Below, piece by piece: positions 13,165-25,564 of a stretch of DNA of 64,000 nt. Both the position numbers and the translations under genes were made by a program. The stretch lies in contig NC_042999.1 in assembly GCF_006345805.1 (NCBI RefSeq), positions 99,634,001-99,698,000 on the forward strand. The letters are read 5' to 3'. Source of the stretch: Octopus sinensis (Eukaryota). The notes under the pieces are model-generated. The model was not told where the DNA came from, did no database searches, and was given only the letters and a program-made list of their open reading frames with translations. Every line of letters starts with the position of its first letter. Position 1 is the first letter of the stretch.

Positions 13165-15581
13165 TCACTACATGTATGTACTGGAAAAGATAATGGACGT
13201 AATTAGACGTATGAGGTGGAAAACATTCTACCGCAACCTAACCACACCAACCCCGAAGGACAACTATGGAATCAGATCGAAAAAATACCCAACCAAAATC
13301 AAGGACCACGAACTCTTCGAGGCGGATCTACTAGGCATCACTTCCCAGCTTAAATTCCGTAAGTCCTCTTCTTCCTTAGAACACAAGCACCGGGCAGACA
13401 TTGGATTGTTAAAAAAAACTCAGATAGGTCACTAATCTTCTCTGATAAGACGAAAAACTTATATAGGATAGACATCCTAGGTTACGATAGACTACTAAAA
13501 AATATCACACAAAATTATAGGCGCGCTGCCTGCACGTATATAATGACATCAACAGTGAAGCCCCCAAAATCAACTGACCTAATAGAGATAGCGGATATGG
13601 TAGAGATCCTAGCTAAAAGAAACTCTTTCATTACCATAAAATATCATAAACCGAACTTTGCCTCAAACCCTAAATTCCGCCTGATCAATCTGGCCAAATC
13701 TTAGATCAGTCTGGCGAGTAAGCTCATATTGAGAAATATCAATAATTACACAGGGAGGGTCACCAGGTGTTCCCTGTAGCACAACACCAATTAAGAGACC
13801 GCATGGTTTAACGCCAACAAAAGAAGATATAGTTTGATACAGTCGACTTTTACTCAAAAGGACTACTGACCAAGGGGATTTCGTTAACTAAGGGCTTCCC
13901 TGACATTAGCGACAGAGATATAGAAGTCATTATGCATGCCAGAAAGACAGTGCTGCTCAACAAATGTTTGGCATGAGTCAAGCAATCCGATCCTACGAGC
14001 TACTTTGACGTAGCGATGGGGGCTTTCGACATCGCTGACGATATACAACCTTCATCGGGTTGTACATCTTCGATACCCTTAAGAATGATTTCATCTCTGT
14101 CCTCTTTGGCCCCAACAGAGATGACACCCTGGCCATCTCTTAGGTGGGGAGGAAATGGACATACACTAGAGAGGCTTAGGAAATGTCAAATCAGCACGCT
14201 TGCCTCCATGAAAATCACCATAGAGACCAACCTCACAGCCGCGGACTTCTTAGACATCACGCTCGACTTGGGCTCTGGTACATACAGGCCCTGACGCAAA
14301 CCAAACGAGAGGCTAACGTACTTCAACACAGCCTCCTGCAACCCATCCATCGTGTTCAAAACACTGGTGAAGTGTGTAAGAAGATCACGAATCTGTCCTC
14401 CGACCAAGATATTTTCAACGTAGCGGCCCCGTATTATTACGAAGCCCTAGCTGCCAGCGGATTTAGGGACCACATCTCCTACATGCAGTAGCAGTCGTAG
14501 ATACAAGAGCGGAACTAGCAACGTCGCTACAATCGTCACAGTGATCAAGATGCAACAATAACAATAACAGCACCTGCAACAGCATTGGCAGTTCCCTCGA
14601 CGGCATCGACAGCAGTATCAGCAACAGCAACATCGCTATCAGCAGTAGCATTACCAGCAGCGTTCCTAACGTCCACAGTAGAAGAAGTGACAACCCCTAT
14701 AGCAGCAGCAACAAGTACAGTAGCACCGCCAGCAATAACGGCAGAAATAACAACAATGGCAACAGCAGCAGCAGCGACAGTGGCCTTAGCAGAAACACCA
14801 GCGGGACCACAGCTAATAACGCCTCTAGGAGCAATGGCAACTCTCCCATCAATGAGGGCCACAATAACAACGGCACCTTCACCATAACCGGCAGTGGCAA
14901 TACCATTACCAACGCCACTACTACTACCTCCAGCGATGCCAGCACCAGCAGTCCCAGCCCCAACAACATCGATTTTGGCAGCAACAACAACAACACCAGC
15001 AGATACAGACACAGCGCCAATAACACACGCCCACGGAGATACATTGGATGTCCCGGGAACTATAAGAAGCAACGTCTCTCCAACCACAGGTGCTCCCTCA
15101 GAGTTTCGGAAAGGAGATACGTGACATCAATGGCCAGCCACGTCGGGCAACTAAGAGACGATGGGCTTCCATACTCGATCTCATGGAAAATGCTCGAGAA
15201 CCCAGGCCCCTACATCAAAGGGACGAAACGATGCAAGTTATGCATAGCTGAACGCGCAGGAATCCTAAACGACTCACTCGAACTACAGAACATCCTTAAC
15301 TCCAGAACGGAAGTTCCTGCTAGTCTTTTTGGCGCCCACGAAAATGCGGCACAACCGGAAGTCGATAGCAAAGTGAGGTAATCACCAGTTGTTACCTTTG
15401 GGTAGTGAAGTATTTCCTACTTCATATTTTTGAGATCTGACAATACGCCATAAAGCTAAATCCTTTATGGACGGGAAACTTAAGGCAATCCTATAAACCG
15501 GCTTTTCCCGTTTTTAATATAATTTATACTGCTTTACATCTTAGAATGTGCTCCTTCTTTCGATTTATGTTTTTTCAGACG

Positions 15582-15585
<4 letters not shown>
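13165..15585 (+). mobile_element. Penelope-like element (RT plus GIY-YIG), frameshifted, with 3' terminal repeat region ending in (TA)n
   Basis: Fragments IRRMRWKTFY, SDKTKNLY, FITIKYHKPNF...RLINLAKS, FDVAMGAFD, GPNRDDTLAI (degenerate YRDD), FLDITLDL, AAPYYYEALAASG, RYIG...RLSNH, ISWKML...PY...RCKLCIAE...LNSRTE. Confidence 0.88.
15431..15490 (+). ncRNA. Degenerate hammerhead relic in the PLE 3' end
   Basis: gagat-CTGACAA-...ccataaag/ctttatgg 8-bp stem...-GAAAC-ttaaggca-atc; the core has G8A and the cleavage triplet is mutated. Confidence 0.5.
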
Positions 15586-15619
<34 letters not shown>

Positions 15620-17091
15620 TGTATGTGTGTGCATATCTGTTTTCAGTGTGTATAATATATCCAGTGTGTTCGTTGGATAAAATTTTCAGATAATAGCAGT
15701 ATGTTGTTCAAGTCCTTAGCCTGGGATATTTTTTCAGACGATGCTGCTTGATCGAACGTACTCCGTGGAGATAAAGCATTCAAACTAATCTTCATATTTC
15801 ACCGTGGTTCTCTTTATACATGCATTCAGTCATACGGACTCACATACATACATTCATTCATACATACATAGACGCATATTACACAAACTCGTCAAAAAGC
15901 GTGGTGAGGTAGGGAAAAGCGACAGCATAACAAATAATACGAGAGAGAAAAGTAGAAAGACGTGCTATTTTCCTCATATGCGCACAGGTGTTCATTTTGT
16001 GAGTGTGCATGTGTGTATTTGTGTGTATGTGTTTGAGCGTTTGTGTATGTGCGTGTGTGCATGTGCTTGTGTGGATGTGTCTGTGCGTATATGTGCCCAC
16101 TTGCGTACGTGTATGCTTTTTGTGACATACAGAAACTTGCAAACATTTCTTTACGCTGATGTGACTCACAAATAATATATTCTCACATTTTATCAGCATT
16201 CTTTAATTCTATACATCTATTGCTCTAAATACATCATCTTTCCTTCTTTTTAACCTTTCTGCGGCTTTCCGATTTCAATCATTCAGCTCGCCAACATAGT
16301 ATGATTATCTATAAATAGTTTTAATTCACCAGCGAGATTCTTCTAGAATATTATTCCCGTGAGGTTTGTTTCAGTTTTATTTCATGCGACCTTCGGTATA
16401 GTATATTAACTGACAGTAAACTAAAAATAATGCTAATGATAATAATATAATATATATTTTTTATAAGCAAATAAACATTCAACATGGCTCCAATGTTAAC
16501 ATCAATCTTTCTAAAATTTATGTAGACACTTGGACACATAAACACATATATGTATGTATATACGCACACACACACAGTCGGGAATATATGTATGTGTGTG
16601 TGTGTACGTAAATCAATCTATACGAACATTCGCTCACACGTAGATATATCTATATGTATATAAATATATTAATATATATTAATATAGAAATATATTAATA
16701 TATATTAATATAGCCAATACCTAAATTAACACAGACCAGTAAGAGTTTCAGGATATATTTTAAAGACCCCAATCAATTATTGTATGGTATAAGATCATCA
16801 ATCTTCTATGAAAACATAGTGGGTCCTATGAATTTACAGGAAATACGAATGGTTTCTTATCGTGATCCATGATTTAATGTAGAGTTATATGGTGTGCAAA
16901 ATTCTATTAAAATCCATGTTTCACTGTGATAACTCTTTTTCAAGACAAAGATGAAAATTAGCAAAACGATTTCTTAAAGAGTAAAGTTTTCCATTTTGAA
17001 AAATTCTGAGTGGTGTGAGAAGAAGACTATCTGGGGTAATTGCAGCAATTTCATCATAAACCAAATGAGTAAAGAAGTATATGTTAGATAT

Positions 17092-17490
17092 GCGAGCTGG
17101 CAGAATCGTTCACATGTTCTGAGTTTAAATTCCGCCGATGTAGACTTTACTTTTCATCGTTTTGAGGTCAGTAAAATAAGTACCAGCTGTGTACTGGAGT
17201 CAACGTAGTCAACTTATTCCCTCCCATGAAACTGCCGGCCTTATGCTAAAAATTAAAAATCAATATTTATCTGCTTTAAAGCAGCGAGAGTTGTTACTAC
17301 GCCGGGCGAAATGCTTAGGCGGTATTTTTCCTTCTCTTTACATTCTGAGTACAAATTCCACTGAGGTTGACTTTGCCTTGCATCCTTTCAGGGTCGATAA
17401 AATAAATACCAGTTGAGCACTGGACCGATATAATTGACTTAATTGATCTCCCGAAATTGCTGGCCCTGTGCCAAACTTTGAAACCAATAT
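17092..17490 (+). mobile_element. Two tandem SINE family C copies
   Basis: gagctggcagaatcgtt...ttctgagtttaaattccgccgatgtagacttt... is repeated at 17281 (gccgggcgaaatgcttaggcggtattt...gtcgataaaataaataccagttgagcactgg). Confidence 0.8.
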
Positions 17491-18674
17491 TAATTTGCTT
17501 AATCTAATGTAAACAACTCTAAATATTTGCCAAATATTTTTGCAGGTACTTGTGGAAATGATAGTCATTTATTTTTTTACAATATCGATCATATACTTTG
17601 ACAATCACCGTGATTGTTGATGCTGTTTAAGATTATTCTTAGTACAGCTTGAGTTTTACCTCCATTAAAGTGTCGTCTGCTCGTTTCAGGGATTCTCCAT
17701 TTAATACAAGCTGTTACTTGATAATATTATGTCGACGTTCTATTTGTGTCTGTAGGATGAAGTGAGATTAAAATAATGTTTCTTAATTCTACCCTCACAA
17801 TAGATATCTGTCGATTCATGAAGTTGCAATACCAATAAATTTATATACATATAGAAATCTTCTATATGTATAGAAGCAATTCTGCTTATTCATACATACA
17901 TACATACATACATACATACATACATACATACATACATACATACATACATACATGCATACATGCATGAATACATGCATACACACACACTCATACACAAACA
18001 CGCAAACACACGCAAACACGCAAACGCACACACACGCACACGTATATATATTCATTAAAAATAGGTGTGCATCTATAAAAAAAATACATATATTACATTA
18101 TTATCATTAGCATTATTTTAGTTTATTGTCAATTAATACTCTACCAATGTAGTGTTATAGTTGTTTTAATTAGTAGAACTGACATCTGATTCATATAATA
18201 TCACCTCTCTATTGCATGATGTGAGTTGACTTGTATTGATATTTCTGCCAGTATACTTATTCCCTATTAACTGAATTGTTAAAGTCTCTCAAACTAAGGG
18301 GAAATACCTAGGTCAGCCAAGAATTTATATTGGAGTCATGCTTGTTGTAAACCGTACAGTGACATCGCATATAAGTGACCCATTTCTACAAACGCTAAAT
18401 CCATATTAGTTCATGTAATTTTGTAGAAGTCACTGGTCTTTTATCATCTGGTTATTGGATTTTTAAAATTGTATCTTGAAGGTATTAGAAACGATATTGA
18501 ATACTTCGTACGTGACTATACGACTAAAAATATAAATATTACACTGCAACAAGAGTGAATACTCTATTTTTGTATATGTATTTTTGTTATTTTATTAACA
18601 GTGTACTATATATGTGTGTCTATATATATGCTTGTATGTATATACACATATGCATTATGAATAGATAAACAGAT

Positions 18675-18799
<125 letters not shown>

Positions 18800-20045
18800 G
18801 TAGATAGATAGGTAGATAGATAGGTAGATAGATAGGTAGATAGATAGATTAACTAACCTATACAAGTAACGTTTTAGAGAATATAGTCCTGTGTGAATTT
18901 TCTGGGTATTCATGTTAAAGAAGTCATAGAGTTGCAGGAATCTGTGAACACATGTCCAAAGCAATAGCTCAATGTAAGGTCATGCAGAGCAGATTACTCC
19001 TTTGTTGGCCAGAAATAACTAATCGATAAAACAGAACTTAATCTGTGAAACATAGACAGCTGATACAACAACGCAATAGAATCTAAATGATATTGCTGAT
19101 AAGCTTGTCAAGTACAAACTATTCTTTATCTGAGACAATCAATGGAAGTCCGTCGTAGAAAATGTGTTTCTTGCGCTACTTAATTGAAGCAAATCCTTCA
19201 ATAGCCAGTTAGTAAGTGAAGCCTAGAGGCCCTGACGTAGCTCGAAAGAAAATAGATTTAAAAATTAACTGCGCAAATGTCTACAGGCTTGGTCCATTAT
19301 GAGATGAACAATGGTTGCATAGTTAATTAATATTTCAGATGTTAATTATATTATAAAAAGAAATTATGTTGAACGTTATAAAATTAAATAAAAACAAAAA
19401 GTAGTCTCAAACCTATCGATAGTGTTATCAGAGATATGGTGATTAGTGACTCGATAAATATATTATGTTGAGCGAGAATAACAAAGGGGAAATATCAATT
19501 CCTGATGCTATGTCCAATATTTCATTGTATTTACAAACTATGAGTTATACGTGTATTATACATTTATTTCGTAGTCAATTCATAGTCGAATGTAGCTGGA
19601 TAAAATGTGTTCAGATTTTAATTCTATGCATTCAGCTAATATAAATAATTAGTATTTGGAATTAAATTGTAGTTTTCTTTTGTTAGAAACAGAGATTTAA
19701 ATTACCTAGAAAAATAATTTATTTCTAAATTAATGAGAAACAGTGAATTGAAAATTTAAAGATGAGAGAATTCCTGCTTCAAGCATTAGAAACATTTGTT
19801 CTTTTTTATTACATAATGAGAACTGCAGCTGCTTGAGTCTTCAGCATGTCGACAGCTTATATCAGAAGACGTTTAACAATAGCTATCCAAGCTTGTGTAA
19901 ATAGATACTGTGATAAGGTGAAGACTGTTTTTAATCTAGCTAATAGTAAGCACAGTATAGCTGCCGCGCATTTCGTTATCTAATGAGTTCGAATCAATAT
20001 CTTGATTAATATTCTATATTAATTTTTCACACACGGATAATAATT

Positions 20046-20345
20046 CTTTTAAGTTTGGAACAAGGATAGTTATTTTGAGGGGAAGGAGAAGGCAATTACA
20101 CCAGCTTCTATATTTGGTTCATATTTATTTTATCGAATGTGAAAGAACGAACGGGAAAGTCGACTTCGGCAGAAGTTAAATTCAAAATGTAAACAAAAAG
20201 AAGTGTTGCTGAGCAATTTCTACAACACGCAAACGAATCTGCCAGTGCACTGCCTTTCACATATTTATAATGATTATTTCTATTATAGGCACAAGGTTTG
20301 AAATTTGGCGGTAGGGGGAGTCGATTTCATCGACGCCAGGACGTG
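20046..20345 (-). mobile_element. Degenerate SINE family C copies
   Basis: aaagtcgacttcggcagaagttaaattcaaaatgtaa...gcaaacgaatctgccag and ggcacaaggtttgaaattt...gtcgatttcatcgac. Confidence 0.6.
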
Positions 20346-20734
20346 TTCTTTTCTCCCCACCAGTTCCGAAGACGCTCAAACAAATCATGAATACTGCTCT
20401 TGTTAGACTAGTAGAATAACAGAATAAAACTATTCTCAGGAGAGTCTACAGAGAGTCCAATAAGTAGATATATTTACAAACATCATTCGAACTAGGAATG
20501 GGCTCACCACGACAAAACAAACAGTTTGCAATTCCGAATGTATTCTGGGTGCTTACAACACTGAGAACATTTCAGATATTAGAGTAACTGCTTGTTTGCT
20601 TCTCTGCATAAGAGTTAAGTAATCGAAATGAATGCAATTTAGCTAATCGTCTAAGTTATAATAGGAAGACGATGAGAGTTATATACTACATCAACAGATT
20701 AATATACTACACGAATTCGGAAGGCCAGTCGAGA

Positions 20735-20990
20735 AACGTGGCTTAGTATTCAGGGTGCCAGCATCATGATCGTAAGATTGTGGTTTCGATTCCTGGGCCG
20801 GGCGACGCGTTGTATTCTTGAGGAAAACACTTCATTTCACGTTGCTCCAGTCCACTCAGCTGGCAAAAATGAGTAACGCTGCGATGGACTGGCGTCCCGT
20901 CCAGCTGGGGAACACATACGCCATTGAAACCGGAAGACCGGGCCCATGAGTCTGGATAGGCTTTAAAAGGGCGCATTTATTTATTTATTT
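20735..20990 (+). mobile_element. tRNA-headed SINE family D
   Basis: gtggcttagt...GGTTTCGATTCC B box, then cacttcatttcacgttgctccagtccactcagctggcaaaaatgagt, shared with 55490-55620; (ttta)n tail. Confidence 0.75.
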
Positions 20991-21082
20991 ATTCGGAAGG
21001 CCAACGGTGAACTTACTTTAGATCATTGTGAAAGCAAACTATTCAGGAGAGTGAAAGGGAAAATGAAAGAGAGGAAACGAAA

Positions 21083-21124
<42 letters not shown>

Positions 21125-21489
21125 TGTGAGTGTGTATGTATATGTGTGTGTATATGTGTGCATGTGTGTAAGTGAGCGAAAGAGAGAAAATATTTCTTAA
21201 GATTCAGTACCGTACATCTTGGGCGTGTATCAAATTCTTCGTATGTGTCTTCTATTTCTGCCATTCTTTCAATTCTCTTTTCTTCTAGGCCTCTCACCTT
21301 CTCAGTATGTCTTTGTGTGTTTATAGCCTCCTATCCCACTCCTTGTGTGTCTCTATCATCTCATTATGTGAACACATTGTAAGAAAGTTCTGTGTTGATA
21401 TGCGTTCTCTTTGTCTATCAAAAATACCTCTAAGATTTCCTCTTATTGTTTGACGTAGTTTCAAACGCATATGAATAGAACTGCGCGAA

Positions 21490-21521
<32 letters not shown>

Positions 21522-21839
21522 TTATATGTGTGTGTTTGCGCGCGTGCGTGTATGTGTGCGCGCGCGTATGCGTGTGTGTATGTATATATATATATATATA
21601 TAGTGATTAATAAAAGATTGTCAATACAAATTATCATACAATAATCATACAGTTATCATACAGCACGTTAACAAAAGGTTTTGTAATTGGTACTGACCTC
21701 CATCCAGAAAATCACCGAAGGTGAGATAGGATTTTAAAGTCCATCTCTAGTCGACTCTGAAAATCTGTACCTGCATTACTATGTTAACAGGGTATGTTTT
21801 CACGGAGTGGTATACCAGAAAAAGCATAAATAATGGGAT

Positions 21840-21996
21840 TTAGATATTTGTTTCTTCGTGTATCGTATACATTTTTGGTGCATTCATGGTTCTGTTTACC
21901 CAATCGGTTGATTGATCGATTGAAAATAGTGAGCGACTGTTTAAAATGCTATCGTCTTCAGAATCAACACAATAAGACCTTGACTTGATGTGGTGG
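21840..21996 (-). CDS. Candidate terminal coding exon of an unidentified gene (HHIKSRSYCVDSEDDS...MYTIHEETNI*)
   Basis: Acceptor ttgttgacttacag|c, 157 nt phase 2, non-repetitive 51-aa frame ending in TAA. No homology recognised. Confidence 0.3.
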
Positions 21997-22489
21997 CTGT
22001 AAGTCAACAATACATAAATAAACAAACGTATAAAATCTAGTTTATACTTTTCTTGCATGTATGTCATTATACAGATCTATTTCAAGATTTCTTGCAGTAG
22101 AGAAAAACCGCTTTCTAACCTAGATCGAAGGCTCTTCCATTGGAATTTCAACAAAAACAACAGAATATTTTCGCATGTATGTGCGTATATGTGCAGTATT
22201 TAGATACAGTGAATGTGCAGATTTGTATGCTTTGTTATATGTATTTATTCTCATGCATATAGTTGCATTCTAGACTTGCGCATATATACTTTAACGGTAA
22301 ACTTCTGGAATGTATCTATGTATGTACGTATGTATATATGCATGTATGTATGTATGTATGTATGTATGTATGTATGTATGTAGGAAGAAGGGGAGATAAT
22401 AAAGTAGTAGTGATCCCAAAACGAAGGTGCGCGTGCATGTGTATAAGAGAGCATGTATGTGCGTGTGGAAGAGGGCTGGTGACCTTGAC

Positions 22490-23066
22490 GTGTGAGTGTG
22501 TGTAGGTGTAGGTGTGTAGATGTGGGGCTGGAAAGTATTCAATGCTAGTGTGTGCATGGTGGTATGATGTGATATGGTGTTGTATGGTATGGTGGTGTAT
22601 GTGGTGTGGTTTGATGGTGTTGGGATGTGGTGGAGGCGAGACTTGGTTAAGCAAGGGTGGGGTATGGGTTAAGCTAAGGGTGGGGGTAGAGGTGAGGAAT
22701 GTGGGTAGGCTGAGAGTGGGGATAGAGGTGGGGTATGTGAGAGTGGGTGTAAGGGATGGGGTGGGATTGCATGGATAGGAAAGGTGGGGTTCGATTGTGG
22801 GGGTTATGCGGGAGGGGTGACAATGAAGGGAAAGGGGGAAGGGAGAAGTGGGTAAGAGTGAAGAGAAGAAGTAGGAGTCGGAGCAAGAGAGAAGAAGGGG
22901 TTGTAGGAAGTAGGTGTGGGGAAAAGACGAGAGGAGAAGGGAGGAGGTTAGATGAAGAGGTGAGGAGGGTTGAGCCCATGTGGCGCAAAAGAGCGAAGAG
23001 AGATTATTCCCTCTTCACGCCGCAAACGGGAGTCCGGTTGGCCCCTGTGCAAGGATAATCCGAACA
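22490..23066 (-). mobile_element. Penelope-like 3' remnant: GIY-YIG C-terminus plus C-rich tail
   Basis: Minus frame GLSLHRGQPDSRLRREEGIISLRSFAPHGLN (22969-23060) fits the PLE endonuclease end R..E..I..L....P.GLN, followed by a pyrimidine-rich tail. Confidence 0.6.
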
Positions 23067-23084
23067 CAGACAGGTATTGCAAGG

Positions 23085-23757
23085 AGTGATCAGTATTATT
23101 GTTATTATCAGTGTACTTTGGCAAATTAAATAAGAATTTTGACTGTTATTTCCAGCAGGTAGACATTCTTCAGCTATTTAATGCTTTTTAGAGGCCTGTT
23201 ACCGCGTATATAATTGATTCTTTTACTATCATTTTTAAATCGTTACACTAGATAATAATAGTCAATGATATCTCTGCAGTTTATTTTCTCGTGAATTATT
23301 TGCTCCATATTGAAATTATTTTCACACTAGTGTCTACCATGTTTCGGTGCAAAACAAATCAGTTCCAGCGTAAAGGGTTAGGGCTCTCCATCATGGTAAC
23401 GCGTGTTGAGGAAGGTGAGGATATTATGCCAGTCGTCAAACCAATCCACGTGAGTCCAAATACTTAAGAGATTGTCTTAGCCCGTTAACGTTTGGACGGT
23501 TGATTTCTGTAGTTATCATCAGTGTATTTTGGCAATTTAAATAAGTGTTTGACTGTTATTTCCAGCGGGTAGACAGACTTAGTATGTCCTTAGATTAATC
23601 TTAATTCTTCAGCTATTTAACGCGTTTTTGGGGCCTGCAATCGCCTATATTATTGATTCTGTTATTATCATTTTAAAATTGTTATACTAGATAATAATAC
23701 AGTCAATGATATCTCTGCAAATTATTTTCTCGTGAATTATTTGCTCCATATAGAAAT

Positions 23758-23760
<3 letters not shown>
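23085..23760. repeat. Diverged direct duplication of a ~250-bp unit (23085-23328 and 23510-23760)
   Basis: Shared tcagtgta(c/t)tttggcaa...gactgttatttccagc.ggtagaca...tagataataata...gtcaatgatatctctgca...ttttctcgtgaattatttgctccata. Confidence 0.85.
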
Positions 23761-23805
<45 letters not shown>

Positions 23806-23866
23806 TATATATATATTTATACAAATATACATACACACACACACACACATATATATATGTGTATAT

Positions 23867-24073
23867 ATAGGCGAGGAAAAATTATAAAAAGGCAAAATGC
23901 TAAATTGAAGGTAAATTGTAATAAAAATGGGTGTATGGAAAATTAAAAAAAATTTTTAAATATTAAAAAATATTAAAAAAATATTTTTAAAATATTATTT
24001 TCCATACTCCCATTTTTATTAAAATTTACCTTCAATTTAGCATTCTGCGTTTTTATAATTTTTGCTCGCCTAT
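23867..24073. repeat. Imperfect fold-back inverted repeat (~75-bp arms) in (TA)n context
   Basis: ataggcgag.aaaattataaaaa.gca.aatgctaaattgaaggtaaatt.taataaaaatggg.gtatggaaaat on both arms, with an A/T-only spacer. Confidence 0.85.
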
Positions 24074-24148
24074 CATTTCTCCACGTGCGGTTGATATGTA
24101 TATATATATATATACATATACATGTATGTATGTATGTGTATATATATG

Positions 24149-24198
<50 letters not shown>

Positions 24199-24217
24199 TT
24201 AGATATATATGTATAAG

Positions 24218-24366
24218 GGTGAAAAGGAACACACGAGTTGATATATATGAAAAAACAAGTCAAGATAGAAAATGCTAAAATAATTTTATAAAGAACATTT
24301 CCGGTACTGAAATGTTCTTTATAAAATTATTTTAGCATTTTCTATCTTGACTTGTTTTTTCATATA
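24218..24366. mobile_element. Fold-back Penelope-type terminus with a perfect 58-bp inverted repeat
   Basis: 24244-24301 and 24309-24366 are exact reverse complements with loop cggtact; homologous to 25565-25620 and 29013-29110. Confidence 0.85.
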
Positions 24367-25564
24367 GATATATATGCACACATATACACATACATATTCA
24401 CATGCATATGCAATCATAGGGACACATATTTTACTCATTTTTATTTACACATAATTTCTGCAAAAGCATTTTAAGTTTGTTTTTTTTTTTTCATATCTGC
24501 ATTCGGACATCTGAGTATTTGCCTATATTGTATATTGTGTTCTTCATAATACAGCCAAAAAAATTTGAAGTGACGCGACGAATATAAAACCTTATGAAAT
24601 AGAGTCTGTTAATGATGTCGTTCGAATGTCAAAATCGGTAAGGCACTGGACTAAATACTCTGCTGAATTTTTGCTACGTTCCACTAAACTTTGAGTTCAA
24701 AAACTATAGCGATCGGCTTTTCTCGTCATCTTTCTGGGCAGGTAAAATTAAACACCTACGAAGAATTAGAGGCAATTTAGTTGTTTGTGGTAATACCTAT
24801 TCTAAAATCTTTCATTCTTTGCTAATGTTAGAAATCAATATTTTCTTAACTTGCAGTTTGGTATATGCTTTCTTATCGTTTATTTAGTGGAGAGACGATA
24901 GCCACCCAGGAGATATTTTCAAATCAGGGCCGAGACGAAAAGGCGGATAAAGCAAATTATTGCAGTAGGAAATAGCGATTAAGGATATCCTTTTTCTATT
25001 CAAATTGGAAATTTGGTCCTATTGATTGCAACAGAATTTAATGCACTAAAAGTTAATGGTCAATATTTAGGATTTAGACTGTCACGCAAGTAAAAATATT
25101 GTTAATTCGACAGTTTTCTGCACAGCTTATATCCACAACATATTCGTTCAATGTTGCAAGCAACTGGAAAACATGCAGTAAGTGGGGTTGAACTGAAATT
25201 ACGTGAAATTAAAGGGACCTTTATTAGCAATTGACCATTCCTACATTCACATACACCCAATGATTAAATACTGCGCTAAATCTTCGTTTCATAAAACACC
25301 CACAATTTATCTATATAACTACAAATGTTTCGGATTCCTTATGTTTTAATTGCTTACGCAATAATGTCGGTTTGTCGGTTTTGAAGAAGTTAAAAGCCTG
25401 GTTGGGCAAGAACAAATGGTATATATATATATGAATGCCTATATGTATATATATATATATGTATGTACATATATATGTATGTATATATATACGCATGTAC
25501 ATATCTATACATATTTATATAAATACATATACACACGTTTATATATATATGTATATATATATAT

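Noticed and set aside
14545-15087. 180-aa Ala/Val/Gly-rich minus ORF and overlapping Thr/Ala-rich plus ORFs
   Set aside because: Alternative frames of the AGC/AAC-rich segment. Only frame +1 connects to real GIY-YIG motifs.
21692-21790. Plus-strand splice-like signals (tactgac...ccag|, |gtgaga, |gtatgt)
   Set aside because: The long exon is closed in all three frames, and the micro-exon alternatives have no support.
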